Below are positions 28,101-36,620 of a stretch of DNA of 64,000 bases, piece after piece. The position numbers and the translations under genes were made by a program. This DNA comes from Chthoniobacteraceae bacterium (GTDB lineage: Bacteria; Verrucomicrobiota; Verrucomicrobiia; Chthoniobacterales; Chthoniobacteraceae): NCBI GenBank assembly GCA_044338075.1, contig JBIIMJ010000003.1:81500-145499 (forward strand). The letters run 5' to 3'. The notes beneath the pieces are model-generated. The model was given only the letters and a program-made list of their open reading frames with translations. It was not told the origin of the DNA and searched no databases. Every line of letters begins with the position of its first letter. Within the stretch, counting starts at the first letter, position 1.

Positions 28101-28613
28101 ATGAAAAATATCGCTCTGCTCTTCCTGTTCGCCGCCATTACGTTCACCGGTTGCTCGCGCGACCGCTTCTCATCCAGCGTGAAAGTCGTGAGCGTTAATA
28201 CCACACCACGCAGGCCGACCATCGTCCTGTCACCGGACAAGGCGAATTCTTTCAGCAGCATGGCAAAAGAGCGCAACGGCTGGGTCGAGGGCCAGCTCCG
28301 CACCTCCATCACGCGTGAACTTTCCGAGAGCGGACGCTTTCAACCAGCGAAGGGCAACGGGGACGACGGGCAGATTGTTTTCAACAGCATCCGTCACGGT
28401 TTGCTCGAAGTGAGTGCGAACAATTACGCGGCGCAACTCACGGCGGATGTTTCGCTCGTCGGAAAAAATGGAAAGACCATCAGCAACCGCGACCTCACCG
28501 CGACTGCGGGACTGATTCATACGCTGGCGGAATTTGAAGACTCGAAAGTTTACGAAGAGGCACTGACCAACGCCGCAGATAAGATCGCACTGGAACTCGT
28601 GCACGATCTGTAG
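28101..28613 (+). CDS. lipoprotein, unknown function (170 aa)
   Basis: MKNIALLFLFAAITFTGC lipobox. Start moved to ATG 28101. Confidence 0.6.
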   Translation: MKNIALLFLFAAITFTGCSRDRFSSSVKVVSVNTTPRRPTIVLSPDKANSFSSMAKERNGWVEGQLRTSITRELSESGRFQPAKGNGDDGQIVFNSIRHGLLEVSANNYAAQLTADVSLVGKNGKTISNRDLTATAGLIHTLAEFEDSKVYEEALTNAADKIALELVHDL

Positions 28614-28616
28614 TCG

Positions 28617-29315
28617 CTACGCGAAGAGCACTTCGAGATCGCGCGACTTTGCGTTGATGAGTTCGTTGGCCTTTTCACGCGCAAGCGCATAGTCGCTGCA
28701 TAGACCGTAAAGCGCCTCCTCTGCTTCCTCGAAACGCCCGAGCTGACGCAACGCTTCGGCGCGGAAGAGCACAAACTCATGGTCGCCTCCCTCCATCATC
28801 ACGATGAGGCGTTCAAGATTTTCAATCGCCTCGTTTGAGGTCGGATAGCGCCCGCTGCTTTCGAGTTTGCGAAAGCGATCATTGCCACGCCACCACGCAT
28901 GGACGCGCAGTTCGACTTCTTGTTCAGGCGTCTTCGCGAGCCCTCCACTGAGCGCGGCGAAATAGCCGGCTTCGTCGAGCGATTGCATGTGCGGAGCGTT
29001 TACCCATCCATCTGGCGGCGGTGCGCCAGGCTCCGCTTGCTCGGGTTTTTCAAACAGCGCAAAACGCGGCACTCCTCCTTCCGGTTCCATGCCGACGGGG
29101 TCAATCATCCCGATTTCCTTGCACTCCGCAACCCAGTGAAGCTGCGAGCAAGCATGGCATCGCACGACGTTCGGCTGGCGGGGCGCGTGAGGGAATTGCT
29201 GGTAGCCATCCGTCCACGAAATCGCACCTTCAGCCTCGCTGCTCGCGAGTGTAAATAGCCGCGAAAGCGCGCCGCAGTGCGGGCAACCAAGAATGAGATC
29301 CGGACCGGGAATCAT
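28617..29315 (-). CDS. hypothetical protein with a CxxC...CxxC zinc-ribbon-like N-terminus and a TPR-like C-terminus
   Basis: GCPHCG ... RCHACS cysteine pairs. C-terminal helical repeat LFRAEALRQLGRFEEAEEALYGL. No family recognised. Confidence 0.55.
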   Translation of the reverse strand: MIPGPDLILGCPHCGALSRLFTLASSEAEGAISWTDGYQQFPHAPRQPNVVRCHACSQLHWVAECKEIGMIDPVGMEPEGGVPRFALFEKPEQAEPGAPPPDGWVNAPHMQSLDEAGYFAALSGGLAKTPEQEVELRVHAWWRGNDRFRKLESSGRYPTSNEAIENLERLIVMMEGGDHEFVLFRAEALRQLGRFEEAEEALYGLCSDYALAREKANELINAKSRDLEVLFA

Positions 29316-29370
29316 GCGCGCAGACTGAGCGTAGTGGGGTTATGGCGCAAGCCGTGCGAGCATGCGGCGT

Positions 29371-29410
29371 GAAAAGAATCGCGCCGACTCAGGTCTCCCC
29401 GAGTCGGCGC
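29371..29410 (-). terminator. terminator hairpin after glnK
   Basis: GCGCCGACTC (29381-29390) pairs with GAGTCGGCGC (29401-29410). On the minus strand it is followed by GATTCTTTTC. It lies 33 nt below the glnK stop. Confidence 0.55.
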
Positions 29411-29442
29411 TGGATTCTTTGCGGGCGTGTTGCCCTGCTGAT

Positions 29443-29859
<417 letters not shown>

Positions 29860-29870
29860 CTACATGATTC

Positions 29871-31442
29871 TTAGAGGATGTAGCCCTCCTCTTGGTGATC
29901 GGTGATGTCGAGACCGGCGGTTTCTTCCTCCGGAGTCGGACGCAGGCCGGTGATTGCCTTCACGATGAACGTGATGACGATTGTTCCCACGATGCTGAGA
30001 ACCAGCGTAATTGCGACGGCGGTGAGTTGGCTGGTGAGCAGTTTCCCACTATCGAGGACTGCCGCACCATCGGCACCCAGTTTGGCGAGGCCGTTCTTGA
30101 GTGCGTAGTCGGCACCGACGAGGTTCGTATTCCCGGAGTCCACGGTGGCGAGCAGCCCCGTGAGGATTGCACCGAGCGTTCCGCCGACTGCGTGGACGCC
30201 AAAAGTATCCAGCGCGTCGTCGTAGCCGAGCTTGGATTTCACGACCATGACGAAGAAGTAAGGCACCACAGCGGCGAGGACGCCGATGAGCATTGCGCCG
30301 TTTGCAGTCACGAAACCGCAAGCAGGCGTGATGACCACGAGACCGGAGACAATACCCGAGCATATGCCGAGAATGGAGGCGTGACCTTTGAGGATTTTCT
30401 CAATAAAGCCCCATACGAAGCCAGCGGTGGCTGCGGCGAGCGTGGTGGTCATGAAAGCACTGCCAGCGATGCCGTCTGCGGCGAGCGCCGAGCCAGCGTT
30501 GAAGCCATACCAGCCGACCCAGAGCATTCCCGTGCCGACCATGCAGAGCACCATGCTGTGCGGGGCCATCTTTTCCTTACCGAAGCCGACTCGTTTGCCG
30601 AGCAGGATACAAAGGACGAGCGCGCTCCAACCGGAAGTCATGTGAACGACCGTGCCGCCCGCGAAATCAATCGCCGGGATGGATGCGTCAGCGTTCCAAA
30701 CGCCGTTCATGAGGCCCGTGCCGCCCCAGACCATGTGGGCCATTGGGAAATAAATCACGAACATCCAGATGGTGACGAAAAGGATGATTGCAGAGAACTT
30801 CATGCGCTCAGCGATGGCGCCCACGATGAGTGCCGGAGTGATGATGGCGAACATGAGCTGATACATTGAGAACACGTTCTCCGATGGCCAGGCTGTGTAG
30901 GTCGTGTTTGGTTTTCCATCCACGTCCTTGAGGAAGAAATTCTCCGTGCCGCCGAGGATTTTCCCGAGGAATCCTTTGTCATCGCCGGTAAAGTTTGTGC
31001 CGAAGACTAGGCTGTAACCCACCGCCCACCAAAGGATGGTGACGAGGCCCGCGATGCCAAGGCACTGCGCGCAAACAGAGAGCACGTTCTTTTTACGAAC
31101 GAGGCCGCCGTAGAAAAGGGCGAGGCCGGGGAGCGTCATGAAGAGCACCAGTGCGGCGCAGATCATCATGAAGCCGTTGTGACCCGGTCCGGGCACATCT
31201 TTCAACACGCCGGTTGGCGCGAGGTTGTTGAAGTATTGCAGAATGTCCGCGATTTTTTCCGAATCGGTCGGCTCCTTCTTTTCTTCGACTTTGGGTTCTT
31301 CTTTCTTTTCAGCCGCTGGAGCTGCCGCTGCTGCCGGAGCTTCCGGCGGCTTGGCGTCCTGGGCGGACATTGTTGTGGTTCCGAATCCCCACACCATAGC
31401 CGTGGCAAGTGCGAGGTTCGTTATTTTACGGAGTAGTTTCAT
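29871..31442 (-). CDS. amtB: ammonium transporter (Amt family) with a signal peptide and a Lys/Glu/Pro-rich N-terminal extension
   Basis: Signal peptide MKLLRKITNLALATAMVWGFGTTTMSA. About 11 TM helices with Amt motifs (FAGGTVVHMTSG, WFGWYGFNAGS-like VGWYGFNAGS, DDALDTFGVHAVGG). Start moved to ATG 31442. Confidence 0.9.
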   Translation of the reverse strand: MKLLRKITNLALATAMVWGFGTTTMSAQDAKPPEAPAAAAAPAAEKKEEPKVEEKKEPTDSEKIADILQYFNNLAPTGVLKDVPGPGHNGFMMICAALVLFMTLPGLALFYGGLVRKKNVLSVCAQCLGIAGLVTILWWAVGYSLVFGTNFTGDDKGFLGKILGGTENFFLKDVDGKPNTTYTAWPSENVFSMYQLMFAIITPALIVGAIAERMKFSAIILFVTIWMFVIYFPMAHMVWGGTGLMNGVWNADASIPAIDFAGGTVVHMTSGWSALVLCILLGKRVGFGKEKMAPHSMVLCMVGTGMLWVGWYGFNAGSALAADGIAGSAFMTTTLAAATAGFVWGFIEKILKGHASILGICSGIVSGLVVITPACGFVTANGAMLIGVLAAVVPYFFVMVVKSKLGYDDALDTFGVHAVGGTLGAILTGLLATVDSGNTNLVGADYALKNGLAKLGADGAAVLDSGKLLTSQLTAVAITLVLSIVGTIVITFIVKAITGLRPTPEEETAGLDITDHQEEGYIL

Positions 31443-31551
31443 GCTTTGGGTTGTTGTTTGTTTTTTAGTGTCCCGCCGCTGCTGTTTAAAAATCGCCAAT
31501 GGCATTGGCGCATTCATAGACAAACAGTGGTGCAGGTTGCGCCGGGCCCTT

Positions 31552-31567
31552 AGCAACGGCCATGCCA
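31552..31567 (-). promoter_or_regulatory. candidate sigma-54 (-24/-12) promoter for amtB-glnK
   Basis: The minus strand reads TGGCAT-GGCCG-TTGCT, matching the TGGCAC-N5-TTGCW consensus with exact spacing. It lies about 110 nt upstream of the amtB ATG. Confidence 0.5.
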
Positions 31568-31946
31568 GCCCCCGAAAAGTGGCTGTTTTACAGAGGAAAA
31601 TAGTTCAAATCGTGCTTTTGCCATCAACCACAAAGATGCGCAAAAATAGCCATCCGCGCCCATGATGAGCAAAACGCGACACCCCTCTCGCTGTCCGAAA
31701 TTCGGTGAACCGCATGCATGACACCCAATCGCGCTTTTGAGCACCAAAACACAGCGGCATTCCGACCAAAACTTTGTGAACTCCGTGCGAGGTTTCATCG
31801 CTCTTAATTCAGCATGGGCAGCGCGCCAACGTCCGCGCCAATGACCAATGGATCGCAGCGCCAGCTCGTTCCTCTCGCACGGGGATGGGGCGTGGCCCCT
31901 AAATAAATTGGTCGGCATAGGTTGCTAATGGCAGTCTTTCGTTTCC

Positions 31947-34900
31947 ATGCTTCGTCACGCCTTTGCTCTGTCTGTCTTTTTATCCGGCCCGCTTTTGATG
32001 GGAGCGGTTGATTACAGCCGCGATGTGCGGCCGATTTTGTCGGACCGCTGCTTTGCGTGTCATGGGCCCGACGGGGAGAAGCGCAAGGCCGGGTTGCGGC
32101 TCGATACGTTTGAAGGGGCGACGGCGGTTTTGAAAAGCGGTGACCGCGCCGTGGTGCCGGGGAAATCGAAGGAGAGCACTGTGTTTGAGCGCATTCACAG
32201 CACGGACGAAGAGGAAATCATGCCCCCGCCGAAGCTGAATCGCCCGCTGACAGAAGCGGAGCGCGGAGTGCTGGTGCGATGGATTGATGAAGGCGCGGTT
32301 TACACGAAACACTGGGCGTTCGTCGCGCCGGTCAAGCACACGGCGCCGCCCGTAAAGAACGCGGCGTGGGTGAAAGACGACATCGATCGCTTCGTTCTCA
32401 ACGCACTGGAGTCGCAGAGTCTCGCGCCGAATGCGGAGGCGGAACGTTCGGCTTTGTTGCGCCGGGTTTCATTCGTCCTCACGGGGCTTCCGCCGTCGCC
32501 GGAGCAACTCGCGGGGTTTGCCGCCGATACCGCGCCGAACGCATACGAGAAGCAGGTGGACGCGTTGCTCGCTTCGCCGCGCTATGGCGAGCGGATGGCG
32601 CAGGATTGGATGGATGTCGCTCGGTTTGCGGACACGTATGGGTATCAGTCGGACAACGCTTGCTTCGTTTGGCCGTGGCGCGATTGGGTGATTGGTGCGT
32701 TTAACAAAAACCTCCCCTACGACCAGTTCGTGACGTGGCAAACCGCGGGAGACCTTTTTCCAAATGCAACGACGGAGCAGACGCTGGCGACTACGTTCAA
32801 TCGTCTGCACAGGCAGACGCAGGAAGGCGGCTCGATCGAGCAGGAGTTTCGCCAGGAGTATGTGTCGGACCGCGTCCACACGACGGGCACTGCGTTTCTC
32901 GGGCTGACGATGGAGTGCAGCAAATGCCACGACCACAAATACGACCCGTTGCCGCAATCGGACTACTACAGCATGAGCGCGATGTTTGGGCAGATCGATG
33001 AGTGCGGGCTTTATCCCTACTCGCTTTCCACGACCGCGCCCGAGCCTTCGATGCGATTGATTGAGCCGAAGCACACAGCGGAAATCGAGAAACGCCGGGC
33101 GCAACTCGCGGCGGCTATCGCGTCGGCAAAGACGATGCTCGCCGGGCGCGACGCGGCATTCGAGCAATGGCTTGCTGCGACTGCAACGCTCACGCCTCCG
33201 GTTCCATCGGACTATTTCACGCTCGATGCAATCGTGGACGGAAAGTTGCCGAACGCGGTGCCGGGAGCGGCGGCTGCGGCTATGTCCGGTGGCAAGCTCG
33301 CCGCGATGCCCGGCGTGGTGGCAGGCGCGATGCAGTTCGACGGCGACACGGTGCTGCAGCTCGACGGTGTGAAGGGCATCACCCGGCATCAGCCATTGAG
33401 CGTGTCGCTGCGGCTCTTTTCGCCCGAGCGAAAGGAGCGTGCGATTATCTTCCATACCGGCCCGGCGATGTTTTCGCAGATGGCGGACGCTTCGGGTTTC
33501 GAGCTTTTGCTGGAGAATGGGAAGCTGCGCTGGAGCTGTATCCATCTGTGGCCGGGATGTGCGGCATCGATCGAGACCCAGGAGGATTTTCCGGTGGGGA
33601 AATGGGTGGATGTCACGGTGACTTACGACGGCTCTTCGTCGGCAGCGGGGCTCAAGATCTACTACGACGGCAAACCTGTGGCAGCGCCGGTTCGGCACGA
33701 TCATTTGGACAAGAGCATCAAGACCGAGGTCATGCGCCTCGGTGCAAGACCGCGCGACGACCGAGGGTTCGCGAATGGATTGATCGATGAGTTGAAAGTT
33801 TTCCGACTGACACTGTCGCCGCTGGAAGTGGCAAATTTGCACGCTCCGGCGATGGACGCTGCGTTCAAATCCGCAAAGGCCGGCGATGCATCGGCGAAGG
33901 CTGCGGTGCGTGAACATTGGCTCGCTCGTGTGGACGAGGACGCAGCAAATGCGAGACAGGCAATCATCGCCGCACGCAAGAATCTGGAAGACGACTATCT
34001 CAACCAGATCCCGCTGATCATGGTCATGAAAGACTCGCCGTATCCCCGGCAGTTCCACGTCCTGACGCGCGGTGACTACGCCTCGCCGGACCTCAAGCGT
34101 CCGGTGCAACCCGCGCCGCCCGCAGCCGTGATGCCGCTCGATCCGAAAGCGCCAAAGAACCGACTCGGCCTCGCGCAATGGATGACGGACCCGAACAATC
34201 CGCTCGTCTCACGCGTCGCCGTGAATCGTCTGTGGATGCAGTGTTTCGGAAACGGCATCGTGGCCACGCAAGAGAACTTCGGACTGCAAGGTGACGCGCC
34301 TTCGCACGAGAAGCTACTCGACACACTCGCGCACGATTTCTCCCACACCGGCTGGGACGTGAAGCGGATGCTCAAGCGCATCGTCATGAGCGCGTCGTTC
34401 CGGCAATCGTCCGTGAGCACGAAGGAAAAGCGGGAGCGCGACCCGAAGAACGCGCTGCTCTCCCGAGGCCCATCGTATCGGCTTTCTGGCGAAGCGATTC
34501 GCGACCAAGCGCTGCTCGCGGCGGGGCTACTCGTAGAGAGAATCGGCGGCCCGAGCGTCAAGCCATGGCAGCCCGCAGGCGTGTGGTCCGAGGCCGGTGC
34601 ATCCGGCGGCGATTACACTCCAGACAAGGGCGAGGGACTCTACCGCCGCAGCCTCTACACCTACCGCAAACGCACCGCGCCGCCGCCGAGCATGCTCACG
34701 CTCGATGCAGGCAGCCGCGAGATTTGCCAGCCGCGCCGACTCACCACCAACACACCGCTGCAACCGCTTATTTTTCTAAACGACCAGAGCTTCTTCGAAT
34801 GCGCGCGTCAGCTTGCAAAGCGGGCGATCAAAGAAAAGCCGGAGGGAGCCGCGCCGCAGATTCAGCAGGCTTTTCTCCTGATCACTTCGCGCACTCCCGC

Positions 34901-35072
34901 GCAGCCGGAAATGGACACGCTCACCAAGCTCCACGCTCTGCAACTCGAACGCTACACCGCAGACAAACCCGCCGCGAAATCCGTGTGCGGCGAGGAGGAT
35001 CCCGCACTTGCGGCGCTGACCATCGTCTGCTCCACGCTCCTCACATCCGACGCCGCAATCACCAACCGCTAA
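31947..35072 (+). CDS. PSCyt1 (cytochrome c-like) / DUF1549 / LamG-like / DUF1553 multidomain protein
   Basis: Signal peptide. CFACHGPDGEKRKAGLRLD haem-binding-like motif. DUF1549-type region (RRVSFVLTGLPPSPEQ, WRDWVI). Concanavalin/LamG-like insert (GKWVDVTVTYDG...LIDELKVF). DUF1553-type C-terminus. Confidence 0.9.
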   Translation: MLRHAFALSVFLSGPLLMGAVDYSRDVRPILSDRCFACHGPDGEKRKAGLRLDTFEGATAVLKSGDRAVVPGKSKESTVFERIHSTDEEEIMPPPKLNRPLTEAERGVLVRWIDEGAVYTKHWAFVAPVKHTAPPVKNAAWVKDDIDRFVLNALESQSLAPNAEAERSALLRRVSFVLTGLPPSPEQLAGFAADTAPNAYEKQVDALLASPRYGERMAQDWMDVARFADTYGYQSDNACFVWPWRDWVIGAFNKNLPYDQFVTWQTAGDLFPNATTEQTLATTFNRLHRQTQEGGSIEQEFRQEYVSDRVHTTGTAFLGLTMECSKCHDHKYDPLPQSDYYSMSAMFGQIDECGLYPYSLSTTAPEPSMRLIEPKHTAEIEKRRAQLAAAIASAKTMLAGRDAAFEQWLAATATLTPPVPSDYFTLDAIVDGKLPNAVPGAAAAAMSGGKLAAMPGVVAGAMQFDGDTVLQLDGVKGITRHQPLSVSLRLFSPERKERAIIFHTGPAMFSQMADASGFELLLENGKLRWSCIHLWPGCAASIETQEDFPVGKWVDVTVTYDGSSSAAGLKIYYDGKPVAAPVRHDHLDKSIKTEVMRLGARPRDDRGFANGLIDELKVFRLTLSPLEVANLHAPAMDAAFKSAKAGDASAKAAVREHWLARVDEDAANARQAIIAARKNLEDDYLNQIPLIMVMKDSPYPRQFHVLTRGDYASPDLKRPVQPAPPAAVMPLDPKAPKNRLGLAQWMTDPNNPLVSRVAVNRLWMQCFGNGIVATQENFGLQGDAPSHEKLLDTLAHDFSHTGWDVKRMLKRIVMSASFRQSSVSTKEKRERDPKNALLSRGPSYRLSGEAIRDQALLAAGLLVERIGGPSVKPWQPAGVWSEAGASGGDYTPDKGEGLYRRSLYTYRKRTAPPPSMLTLDAGSREICQPRRLTTNTPLQPLIFLNDQSFFECARQLAKRAIKEKPEGAAPQIQQAFLLITSRTPAQPEMDTLTKLHALQLERYTADKPAAKSVCGEEDPALAALTIVCSTLLTSDAAITNR

Positions 35073-35078
35073 ACGCTC

Positions 35079-36503
35079 ATGCACACTTACGACGACCTCA
35101 TGCGCAGCACGCGCCGCCAGTTTCTCAGCAGGACCGGCCTCGGCCTCGGAGCCATGGCCACGGCGCAACTCGCGCCCGCCGCCGCCATCCCCGGCGTCAT
35201 CGCAAAGCCGCACTTCGCGCCGAAAGCGAAACGCGTCATCTACCTTTTCCAAGCCGGCGGCCCGTCGCACTTGGAGACGTTCGATTTCAAGCCTGTCCTC
35301 CGCACGGGCCACGGCAAAGCGCTGCCCAAAGAAATCATCGGCAACCAGCGCCTCTCGACCATGAGCGGAAACCAAAGCCTGCTCCCGATGGCGGGCTCAT
35401 TTGCGAGCTTCACCAAGAGCGGAAAGTGCGGCACCGAGATCTCCGACACGCTGCCCTACACGCAAAAAATCGCTGATGAAATCTGCCTCGTGCGCACCAT
35501 GCACACCGAGGCCATCAATCACGACCCCGCCATCACATTCTTCTGCTCCGGCAACCAGGTGCCCGGCCGCCCATCCATGGGTGCCTGGGCATCCTACGGC
35601 CTCGGCAGCCTCAACGACAACCTGCCCGCCTTCATCGTGCTCGTCTCGAAAAATGCCTCGCGCGACCAGCCGCTCTACTCGCGACTTTGGGGCGCGGGCT
35701 TCCTCCCGAGTGAGCATCAAGGCGTGCAATTCCGTGCCGGAAAAGAGCCCGTCCTTTACCTCACCAACCCCGAAGGAGTCTCACCGCACGTCCGCCGCGA
35801 CATGCTCGACGCCCTCGCCAAGCTCAACGGCTATCAAGCCCAGCAGCAGCTCGATCCGGAAATCGATGCCCGCGTCGCGCAAGCAGAGATGGCGTTCCGA
35901 ATGCAGACCAGCGTGCCCGACGCCACCGACCTCTCCGGCGAAACCGAAGAGACGTTCAAACTTTACGGCCCCGACAGCAAAACGCCCGGCACTTACGCCG
36001 CAAACTGCTTGCTCGCCCGCCGCCTCATCGAGCGCGACGTGCGCTTTATCCAGCTCTTCCACCAAGGCTGGGACCAACACGGCGACGTCGTCGGCGGAAT
36101 CACCCGCCAGTGCAAACAAACCGACCAAGCCTCCGCCGCACTCGTCACCGACCTCAAACGCCGCGGTCTCCTCGACGACACACTCGTTGTCTGGGGCGGC
36201 GAATTTGGACGGACCGCTTACTGCCAGGGCAAAATGAGCGGAAACAACTACGGCCGCGACCATCACCCACGCTGCTTCAGCATCTGGCTCGCCGGCGGCG
36301 GAGTGAAACCCGGCACCGTCATCGGTGCGACCGACGACTACGGCTACAACATCGTCGAAGCTGGTGTCCACGTCCACGACCTCCACGCCACGATGCTGCA
36401 CCTCATGGGCATCGATCACGAAAAGCTCATCTATAAATTCCAAGGCCGCTACTTCCGCCTCACCGACGTGCATGGCACGCTCGTAAAACCCATTCTCGCA
36501 TAA
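35079..36503 (+). CDS. DUF1501 (sulfatase/alkaline-phosphatase-fold) protein with a Tat signal
   Basis: Twin-arginine N-terminus TRRQFLSRTGLGLGAMATAQLA. Motifs GGPSHLETFD and GRDHHP typical of DUF1501. Immediately follows the DUF1553 gene. Confidence 0.9.
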   Translation: MHTYDDLMRSTRRQFLSRTGLGLGAMATAQLAPAAAIPGVIAKPHFAPKAKRVIYLFQAGGPSHLETFDFKPVLRTGHGKALPKEIIGNQRLSTMSGNQSLLPMAGSFASFTKSGKCGTEISDTLPYTQKIADEICLVRTMHTEAINHDPAITFFCSGNQVPGRPSMGAWASYGLGSLNDNLPAFIVLVSKNASRDQPLYSRLWGAGFLPSEHQGVQFRAGKEPVLYLTNPEGVSPHVRRDMLDALAKLNGYQAQQQLDPEIDARVAQAEMAFRMQTSVPDATDLSGETEETFKLYGPDSKTPGTYAANCLLARRLIERDVRFIQLFHQGWDQHGDVVGGITRQCKQTDQASAALVTDLKRRGLLDDTLVVWGGEFGRTAYCQGKMSGNNYGRDHHPRCFSIWLAGGGVKPGTVIGATDDYGYNIVEAGVHVHDLHATMLHLMGIDHEKLIYKFQGRYFRLTDVHGTLVKPILA

Positions 36504-36550
36504 CATTTGGCTTATGCGCCGCAGCGCTCGACGGATGGGACAAACAGATT

Positions 36551-36570
36551 CTTTGCGCTCCCGCGCAAAG
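36551..36570 (+). promoter_or_regulatory. perfect 8-bp stem / 4-nt loop inverted repeat in the DUF1501-to-next-gene spacer
   Basis: CTTTGCGC-tccc-GCGCAAAG with no U-tract on the plus strand. The function is unknown. Confidence 0.3.
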
Positions 36571-36620
36571 AAACCTCCGCCCTTGCGGATTGTCGCACAC
36601 AGCCGCTAACGTCCTTACCA

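Noticed and set aside
31550-31918. 122-aa ORF in the long amtB upstream spacer
   Set aside because: It overlaps the sigma-54 promoter, has odd composition (many Cys/Arg/Trp) and no motif. I treat it as non-coding, although a small protein or ncRNA cannot be excluded without expression data.
32469-34178. 569-aa ORF antisense to the PSCyt/DUF1553 gene
   Set aside because: It has extreme Arg content (RRRR runs) and no domain signatures. The sense-strand product has several coherent domains.
34565-35476. 303-aa ORF spanning the DUF1553/DUF1501 junction in another frame
   Set aside because: It is Arg/His/Ala-rich and overlaps two well-supported genes.
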